DNA from: Selaginella moellendorffii | Lineage: Eukaryota > Plantae > Lycopodiophyta | Assembly (NCBI RefSeq): GCF_000143415.4 | Contig: NW_003314452.1 | Coordinates: 80,592-86,265, forward strand | Length of the DNA stretch: 5,674 nucleotides | Direction: 5' to 3' | Shown: positions 1 to 5,674 of the stretch, in pieces | Numbering within the stretch: the first letter of the stretch is position 1 | How the letters are laid out: each line of letters begins with the position of its first letter | Translations under genes and position numbers: made by a program | The notes under the pieces: generated by a model | What the model saw: the letters and a program-made list of their open reading frames with translations, nothing else | Database searches by the model: none | What the model was told of the DNA's origin: nothing

Positions 1-1
1 T

Positions 2-79
2 GGGCGGGTCTTTCGAGCATGACGTCGGATCGCTTCTGAGTGTGTAGTTCTTCGGAACAGCAGCTCTCTTCCTCTCCAT
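2..79 (-). CDS. Putative first coding exon of an unknown minus-strand gene, running off the left edge (MERKRAAVPKNYTLRSDPTSCSKDPP...)
   Basis: The minus strand reads CCACC-ATG-G (strong Kozak context) at 79-77, and the frame stays open to the window edge. It lies just downstream of a good minus-strand 3' splice site at 117. No recognisable homology, and an upstream ATG in another frame (MLTLTRV...) is also open. Confidence 0.35.
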   Translation of the reverse strand, partial: MERKRAAVPKNYTLRSDPTSCSKDPP

Positions 80-116
80 GGTGGACTCTGGTCAGTGTTA
101 ACATTGTGAGTCGTTG

Positions 117-281
117 CTGAAAGCACAAAAGAGATTGAGGAGTCGTTACTGCACTTATCCAACGGCTGGAGCCTAGAATGCGCACATCAGCTGTCCGTCA
201 ATGGATTCACAACAAACTTGCTACAATTGCATGCTCCTTCCGCCTCGCCAACAGTAGGCCGCAAACCAGCAGCGCACTCAC
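117..281 (-). other. Putative spliceosomal GT-AG intron in the 5' UTR of the minus-strand gene
   Basis: Minus-strand donor AG|GTGAGT (283-276) matches the consensus. The acceptor ...CTCAATCTCTTTTGTGCTTTCAG| ends at 117, with a pyrimidine tract and a CTCAAT branch-like motif. An alternative acceptor (GCTGATGTGCGCATTCTAG|) ends at 173. Confidence 0.5.
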
Positions 282-364
282 CTCTGCCCTTGCCAGACGA
301 TCACGGCAGCCCTAGATTTGGAATCTAAGCTGCATTGAGGATCGACGCGCTCCTCCGGCTCCCT

Positions 365-495
365 TGGGCTTTGCCAATAGTAGGGTACAAGAATACAAAA
401 GGCCACGTCAGATAGAGTTTAGGGCAGACGTGGCACCTTTGGTCACCTTTTGTGGCCCTTCTTCATTTCCACGGAATACGAGTCATTTTTTAGGG
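365..495. promoter_or_regulatory. Candidate bidirectional promoter: site II TGGGCT (365-370), CCAAT (374-378), inverted pair of ABRE/G-box-like ACGTGGC elements (402-409, 427-434), TTTAGGG telo-like motifs (418-424, 489-495)
   Basis: Motifs are read directly from the sequence and cluster between two divergently oriented gene starts. Function is inferred from known plant cis-element consensuses. Confidence 0.45.
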
Positions 496-499
496 TATC

Positions 500-929
500 A
501 TGAAGAAGACACTCATTCTCGATCTAGACAATACACTGGTATACGCTCATAAGGATCTCGTCTCTTCTGTAGATTTCAGCATGGAATTCGACGATGATGC
601 ACCACTCCACATCATGAAGAGACCAGGCGTAGATGAATTTCTGGGGAAGGTTTCAAAAGTGTACGATATATCGTGGTGTTTAGTGCCGCCCAGGAGAAGT
701 ATGTCAACCTTGTGGTTGACCATCTGGATCCTACTGGGGGGCTTGTGTCGAGGAGGCTACATGGTGGCAATTGCGTTGTTCTAAAGGACAGGACGAAAGT
801 CAAGAATCTTGACCATGTAGGGTTTCGGGATTTCAAGCGGGTGGTGGCACTGGATGACATTATTGACTTCTACCAAGGTCATCAAGAGAGCGTGGTGGTG
901 GCTCCAAAGTTTGAGGGATCAAAGGATGA
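500..929 (+). pseudogene. SCP/FCP1-like (NIF domain) HAD-family CTD-type phosphatase. Intronless, frameshifted at 666-671, and 3' end lost in the assembly gap. It could be an intact gene with a sequencing error.
   Basis: ORF 500 gives KKTLILDLDNTLVYA (DxDxT catalytic motif) and KRPGVDEFL..VSKVYD. The frame of ORF 673 continues IVVFSAAQEKYVNLVVDHLDP..RRL...C...KVKNLDHVGFRDFKRVVALDD...PKFEG, colinear with NIF domains. Removing one AT from GATATATC (665-672) restores YDIVVFSAA. Confidence 0.85.
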
Positions 930-1392
930 NNNNNNNNNNNNNNNNNNNNNNNNNNNNNNNNNNNNNNNNNNNNNNNNNNNNNNNNNNNNNNNNNNNNNNN
1001 NNNNNNNNNNNNNNNNNNNNNNNNNNNNNNNNNNNNNNNNNNNNNNNNNNNNNNNNNNNNNNNNNNNNNNNNNNNNNNNNNNNNNNNNNNNNNNNNNNNN
1101 NNNNNNNNNNNNNNNNNNNNNNNNNNNNNNNNNNNNNNNNNNNNNNNNNNNNNNNNNNNNNNNNNNNNNNNNNNNNNNNNNNNNNNNNNNNNNNNNNNNN
1201 NNNNNNNNNNNNNNNNNNNNNNNNNNNNNNNNNNNNNNNNNNNNNNNNNNNNNNNNNNNNNNNNNNNNNNNNNNNNNNNNNNNNNNNNNNNNNNNNNNNN
1301 NNNNNNNNNNNNNNNNNNNNNNNNNNNNNNNNNNNNNNNNNNNNNNNNNNNNNNNNNNNNNNNNNNNNNNNNNNNNNNNNNNNNNNNNNNNN
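930..1392. other. Assembly gap (463 N)
   Basis: Run of N. ORFs spanning it are artefacts. Confidence 1.
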
Positions 1393-1397
1393 AGACC

Positions 1398-2358
1398 ATG
1401 TGTCGTGCGGACATAAAAAAGTGATCGCGGTGCCTCCTGCAGGCATCTCCACGCCAAATCGCGACTCTTCTGCGCCAATGTGGTGATTCCAAGTCCCTCC
1501 CGCGAGGGAAGCTCTTGCACCGCCGCCTGGCCGCCACCCTCGACCTACGCCACCACTCCTTGTTCAGCAATCTCCTCATCCTCATGTATGGCAAGTGCTC
1601 CAGCCTCCCGGACGCATGGTCCGTCTTCCACGATCTCGTCCACAAGAACGCCTTCTCCTGTAACATCATGATCTCGATTCTCTGCGCAAACGGCCAGAGC
1701 GTGCAAGCGATTCATCTCTTCCTCGCCCTCGCCAGCGATTCAGTCGTCCGCCCCACCGTCTCGTTCGTCGCCACGCTCGCCGCCTGCGCCAATTGCCCCG
1801 ATCTCCAGTCGGGCATCCGGATCCACGCCCAGATCATCGCCGCGCCACCCGCGATCGCGAGCAATCCAGTCGTGTGCTGCGCCCTCTTAACCATGTATGG
1901 GAAATGCGGCAGCCTGGCAGACGCGCGGAAGGTCTTTGATGACATGCCGCGCAAGACGATAGTCGCCTGGAGCGCGATGCTGGCTGCTTGCACCAGAAAT
2001 CCCGATCAGGGCGGGCTCCCCGCTGCGATCGAGCTCTATCGCCAGCTCGGGGATGCCGGCATCGGCGCGGACTGGAACACTGCGATTGCCGCAAATGCCC
2101 ATAATGGGCAGTTTAGAGCGGCGATTGCGCTGCTGTGGAAGTTGGATCTGGAAGGGATCGGGCCTGATATGGTGACGCTGACTGAGATCCTGGCAGCGTG
2201 TTCTTGGAAGCAGGATAAAGCACAGGGTATAAAGATCCACGGAGCGTACTTGCTCGTGTGGCTGGGAGCGTAATGTTGTCGCTGGAACCTCTATCGTCAA
2301 CATGTATGGAAAGTGTGGCAGAATCAAGGAAGCATCAAGGAAGGAAGCAAGAATCTAA
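1398..2358 (+). pseudogene. PLS-class pentatricopeptide repeat (PPR) protein pseudogene of the organellar RNA-editing-factor type, truncated before any E/DYW domain
   Basis: In-frame ATG 1398 and TGA 1422-1424 are followed by ATLLRQCGDSKSLPRGKLLH (L), NLLILMYGKCSSLPDAWSVF (S), CNIMISILCANGQSVQAIHLF (P), SFVATLAACANCPDLQSGIRIH (L), CALLTMYGKCGSLADARKVFDDMPRK (S), VAWSAMLAAC (P), WNTAIAANAHNGQFRAAIALLWKLDLEGIGPD (P) and VTLTEILAAC..GIKIH (L). After a +1 frameshift at 2241 it continues ERTCSCGWERNVVAGTSIVNMYGKCGRIKEA (S), with a stop at 2356-2358. Confidence 0.9.
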
Positions 2359-2672
2359 AATTATTTTTTGTTTATCATGGCCTTTATAAAAAAAATTAAA
2401 ATATTTTCTTTTCATAATTTATATACCTTTATTTATATGTTGTTACATTTTATGCCAAGTTTCATATCATCAAAGAGATAATGGCTGAAGAACTAGTTTA
2501 TAACTTGCACATAAAGATAGAAAATTATTTACTGGACAATAATATTTATATTCAAAAGTTAATTCAAATTTGTAAAACAACTAACCAGAATTATCTTGAT
2601 TCTCTATTTATTTAAAAACTTCCAAATTCTTTTTGTTTATATCTTGGCTTACTATTAATTGAAATATAGAAA

Positions 2673-2971
2673 TGTGAGGTCAAGTGTATAGCTACAATAA
2701 TGTAAACTAATATTAGCATAGTGGGATTTTGGTAGCCATCAGATTAGTTTCAATATAAAGTAGAGTTTTTGGGATAATTGATATGCATATTTTATGTATT
2801 CTCTTTCTATATTCCATGCACTCACATTATTTTATATTCCATGTAATTTCAATTTGAACCACTTGCTTTTGTATATAAACTAGAGTTTTTGGGATAATTG
2901 ATATACACATTTTATATATTCCCTATCCATATTCCATGCACTCACATTATTTTATATTCCATGCACTCACA
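2673..2971 (+). repeat. Putative 5' LTR (299 bp)
   Basis: Starts TGTGAG (2673-2678) and ends CTCACA (2966-2971), a perfect 6-bp terminal inverted repeat with TG...CA ends. It is followed after 1 nt by a TGG-starting PBS and contains TATAAA at 2754-2759 and 2874-2879. The 3' LTR is outside the window, so the left boundary is unconfirmed. Confidence 0.7.
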
Positions 2972-2973
2972 TT
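2753..2973 (+). repeat. Nested direct repeats: a 120-bp-period duplication (2753-2843 vs 2873-2963) and a 25-bp-period subrepeat ATATTCCATGCACTCACATT
   Basis: Manual alignment gives 84/91 identity between the two long copies. The subrepeat occurs at 2809, 2929 and 2954, with a partial copy at 2834. Confidence 0.95.
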
Positions 2974-2988
2974 GGTGGAGGTGAGGGG
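2973..2988 (+). other. Primer binding site, apparently complementary to the tRNA-Ala 3' end
   Basis: TGGTGGAGGTGAGGGG lies 1 nt after the LTR-terminal CA. Its reverse complement CCCCTCACCTCCACCA resembles the plant cytosolic tRNA-Ala 3' end as I recall it (...CCCCGCATCTCCACCA, 14/16). Confidence 0.7.
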
Positions 2989-3025
2989 CACATTTGATTA
3001 TTCTTGAAAAGTGCTTGGATTTGGA

Positions 3026-3130
3026 ATTTTGGTTTAGATTTAGCTTTTGCATTATTTAAATTTACCTTTTTCCATTTCTTTCTTTTATTTTTTCCTTTTG
3101 GGATTTTGGTTTAGATCTAACTTTTGCATT
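3026..3130 (+). repeat. 28-bp direct repeat (77-bp period) in the T-rich 5' leader of the element
   Basis: ATTTTGGTTTAGATTTAGCTTTTGCATT (3026-3053) vs ATTTTGGTTTAGATCTAACTTTTGCATT (3103-3130), 26/28 identical. Confidence 0.85.
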
Positions 3131-3339
3131 GTCTATATCTCCCTTTCCTTCTAGCTTTTTTTAATTTTATTTCTTTTGCTCTTTCTTTTTCATTCATCTT
3201 TATGGTAGAGCAGTAATCTCCTCCTCCTTTGACTTTGGAGCACAATTGTTTGATGCTATGTGATTGCAGTTGAACAACCAAACTCAGTTGATGGCAGTAT
3301 TCATAACACATGGTATAACTCTTATTGCTCTTGGTGCCA

Positions 3340-3915
3340 ATCCTCATGTTCAACTAAAGTTCTTTTATGGGAATCCTTAGGGACAATGTGTACTATTGGT
3401 TCAATCACTTTATAGTGATTGCCATATATCATTCTTGGGATGATACTTGATGTTTGTATAAGTTTCCCATGTGTTTTCAAGGGATGGTGCTGTAGTGGTA
3501 TAATGTTTTGAATGTAGCTATTCGTGGGGATTAAAGTATTCTTCGAGACGTCTTCAAACACACATTTAGATATGCCGACAATTGTGATGATACTTTTTAA
3601 CAATTGCATCGTCTTTGTTAAGGACCATCTAAGTTGGTGATGCAATTTAGTATTTGTTTTCGTAGTTTTTTGCTTCATGCGGAGCCAAATATGTTGGAGC
3701 GGATCAAACTAGGAATATTGTGGCCAACACTTCGTCAAAGTTTTGTAGGACTTGTGCATGCACTTGCTCCAATGACCCCTAACAATGCTTTTTGTTTGGC
3801 ACAACATTATGAGACATTGCCTTTTCCACTTCTCGCTACACATCTTTTAGCTCTACTTTCTGTGGGAGATGGTTTTGTTTCAATGGAGGTTGATGTTACT
3901 GCTGCTCAGGTTTAA
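3340..3915 (+). pseudogene. gag: Retrotransposon gag remnant
   Basis: The frame from 3397 reads WFNHFIVIAIYHSWDDT*CLYKFPMCFQGMVL*WYN...LRDVFKHTF...LHRLC*GPSKLVMQFSICFRSFLLHAEPNMLERIKL..WPTLR. This fits the retrotransposon-gag pattern (WF..F...A....W.D / G.A..WY / L..L.QG...V..F...F..L). Several stops sit where CAA/CAG would be expected. Boundaries are approximate. Confidence 0.65.
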
Positions 3916-4251
3916 GGTTTAAGGACAAGGGTGAGGATGTGGTCATAGTTGTGATATTCGCTACTGAGCATGTAATGAAGTTGTTCACACTTATCAGTAT
4001 TGTCAGCGTTTTCCGGATTGGTAGCTTCCATTTCTTGGGTGGAGACCTTGGCATCAATAATGTCCTATTAGTATTGTTGTAGTGAAAGGTCTAGACATCG
4101 AGATGCATCCAGGAAATGAGGATTCGTGCAAGTAATGGAGGGACCTTGCACGAATAAGTCAATGACCCCTCCATCTTCCTTTTGGAAGTATCATCAAAAG
4201 GTTCATTCAGCATCAGTTCATCTAGTGTTTGCTTTCCAAGTTTATTTTTAT

Positions 4252-4530
4252 AACAAAAGGTCTTTTATTATTCTCTTTGTATCGATTCATACATGTTCAA
4301 GTTTATCTTCTATTGTTCGACTTGTTGCCATATGTTACCACCTACATTTGTGTCATGCGGTAGAGTCAATTTTCATTCTTTATGGCAACGGCCATCAATA
4401 TGCATATGCACGGGATGAAGTGAACCTAGTTGTGTATATAGGTGATCTTGAACTTGGAATGCAGTCATTGCCAGTGGTGCTGAGTTAAGCTTTTGACCTC
4501 ATCCTTAGTATGGGCGCAATCGTGCTAAAT
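4252..4530 (+). pseudogene. Retroviral-type aspartic protease remnant
   Basis: VSIHTCSSLSSI (HTC at 4288-4296) matches a decayed 'IDTGSS', followed by VNLVVYIGD...LPVV..*AFDLILSMG, a decayed 'DLILGMD' motif. It is in the same frame as gag and the RT N-terminus. Confidence 0.7.
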
Positions 4531-4704
4531 GTGACTATGAAGCTTCTTCCCCTTGTCTCATACTTCCTTATATTTTATCCATTCCTTTCACTTCGAAACA
4601 TATTTGTCCCTTTGTTTCTACTTCTACTTTCATTACTTTTGTCTCCCCATTATTTCCTTTTTATGTTTCCGTTTTGTTCTATTTTTCCCTTTTTCAATCC
4701 CTCG

Positions 4705-5674
4705 GTTGACAAGCTCATGAAGGAGTATGCCAATCTCTTTGAGTTTCACCTATTGTCTAGGGCCAAAATTGCTATATGTCATCTAATTCCAACCAGGGAT
4801 ACTCATCCCATCAAAGTTTCTGTTCATGATCAATCACCCAAAGGGATCAAGATTTTACATGCAAACGTCAAAGAGATGTTGGAAAAAGGTGTTATTCAAA
4901 AGTCACGGAGTCGTTGGGCATATGAACCTCATCTTGTGATGAAGCCTAATGCGAGTATTCATTTCTACATCGATTATCATTCGTTAAAAAAAATGACAAT
5001 TTTAGATGTGTATCCTCTTCCTCACCTGTTGATTTCTTAGATTATCTAAAAAGAAGTTGTTAGTTCACTAAGTTAGATGTTTCTTCTGGGTACTGGCAAA
5101 TACTAATGGGTACTAGAATATACTAATGGGTGAAGAAGATATTCCTAAGAATACTTTTTATACACCATTTAGTTTATATGAGGTTTTGGTGATTCTATTT
5201 GGTTTGAACAATGCTTTAGCATTTTTCTAACAAATGATGGATGGGGTTCTTTGTGATATGCTAAAGGTGATTACTTACTTCATTAGTGATGTTTTGATCC
5301 ACTCGAAGGGGATGTGGGAGGAATATATGTTTGTAAAGTGTTAAATCAATTATGGGAAGTTGGTTCAAAGTTGAAGTGGTCGAAGTGTGTATTTGACTCT
5401 AATGACACGACTTATCTTGAGTACCGTATTTTTCGTGAGGGTTTGCAAGTTGATTCTGACAAGCTTGTGGTTGTTTTAATGTTCCCTACTCCAAAGTGTG
5501 TAAATGATATGTAGTGCTTCCTAGGTAAAGTGTAGTATCTTAGTTATTTTGGGGATCATCTTTTTTATCACATTGCATTGTTGCAAGTGCTGTCGAAGTC
5601 ATCAACATCATCTTTCATCTAGTCTGTGGATTGTGAGTAGACATTCATGGATTCAAAAAGCTATGACGACTTCC
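4705..5674 (+). pseudogene. pol: Ty3/gypsy reverse transcriptase and connection-domain remnant
   Basis: Motifs in order: VKEMLEKGVIQKSRSRWA..HLVMKPNASIHFYIDYHSLKKMTILDVYPLP; FTKLDVSSGYWQI; EEDIPKNTFYTPFSLYEVLVILFGLNNA; FISDVLIHS (5279-5290, decayed YxDD); KLKWSKCVF; FPTPKCVNDM*CFLG. Multiple frameshifts and stops are present. Confidence 0.92.
5088..5131 (+). repeat. 20-bp tandem duplication disrupting RT
   Basis: GGGTACTGGCAAATACTAAT / GGGTACTAGAATATACTAAT / GGGT, with 17/20 identity between the copies. Confidence 0.9.

Larger units (their letters stand above)
2673..5674 (+). mobile_element. Degenerate Ty3/gypsy LTR retrotransposon: 5' LTR, PBS, gag, protease and RT, continuing beyond the right edge
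   Basis: The order is LTR-PBS-gag-PR-RT with no integrase before RT, which is the gypsy order. RT motifs are gypsy-like, and many stops and frameshifts are present. Confidence 0.9.

Noticed and set aside
364-552. 62-aa plus-strand ORF
   Set aside because: Starts at TTG, overlaps promoter motifs and the phosphatase start out of frame, and has no recognisable similarity.
854-1669. Long ORFs crossing the N run
   Set aside because: Artefacts of translating Ns. A phosphatase-PPR fusion cannot be supported across an unsequenced gap.
1712-2327. Minus-strand ORFs (93, 86 and 146 aa)
   Set aside because: Antisense shadows of the GC-rich PPR coding sequence with no recognisable motifs.
2354-2672. 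AT-rich segment as a Helitron or MITE (begins A|TC at the PPR break)
   Set aside because: I found no terminal inverted repeats, 3' hairpin-CTRR end or TSD, so it is left unassigned.
2753-2973. Repeats as a CRISPR array or satellite
   Set aside because: Only 2-3 copies with no unique spacers, in a eukaryotic context, and explained as LTR-internal duplications.
3117-3678. Minus-strand ORFs (78 and 118 aa)
   Set aside because: Antisense to the leader and gag, Lys-rich from T-tracts, and with no domain signal.
4060-4120. Possible gag CCHC zinc-knuckle remnant (..YCCSERSRHRDAS..)
   Set aside because: The position is plausible, but it is too degenerate to match C-x2-C-x4-H-x4-C.
4510-4704. Hydrophobic F/L-rich N-terminus of ORF 4510-5040 suggesting a membrane or env-like protein fused to RT
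   Set aside because: It is the pyrimidine-rich protease-RT linker. T-richness alone produces Phe/Leu runs, and env-like genes lie downstream of pol.

Overview
This is eukaryotic land-plant genomic DNA. The PPR style (MYGKCGSL.DAR.VF, 'LDLEGIGPD') and compact layout suggest a lycophyte such as Selaginella, which is an inference only. From left to right: (i) the probable 5' end of a minus-strand gene running off the left edge, with a GT-AG 5'-UTR intron; (ii) a ~220-bp divergent promoter-like spacer with paired ABRE/G-box-like, CCAAT, site II and TTTAGGG motifs; (iii) an intronless SCP/FCP1 (NIF-domain) HAD phosphatase from 500, broken by a 2-bp AT insertion and cut by a 463-N assembly gap (930-1392); (iv) a GC-rich PLS-class PPR pseudogene (1398-2358) with an early stop, an in-frame motif deletion, a 1-bp frameshift and a scrambled 3' truncation; (v) a heavily decayed Ty3/gypsy LTR retrotransposon from 2673 to the right edge. 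The element has a 299-bp 5' LTR (TGTGAG...CTCACA) containing nested 120-bp and 25-bp duplications, an apparent tRNA-Ala primer binding site, and gag, protease and RT remnants. The sequence does not support a wholly new biological system. The most notable items are the Ala-type PBS with the internally duplicated LTR, the unusual intronless phosphatase on a shared promoter, and the readable mutational history of the PPR.
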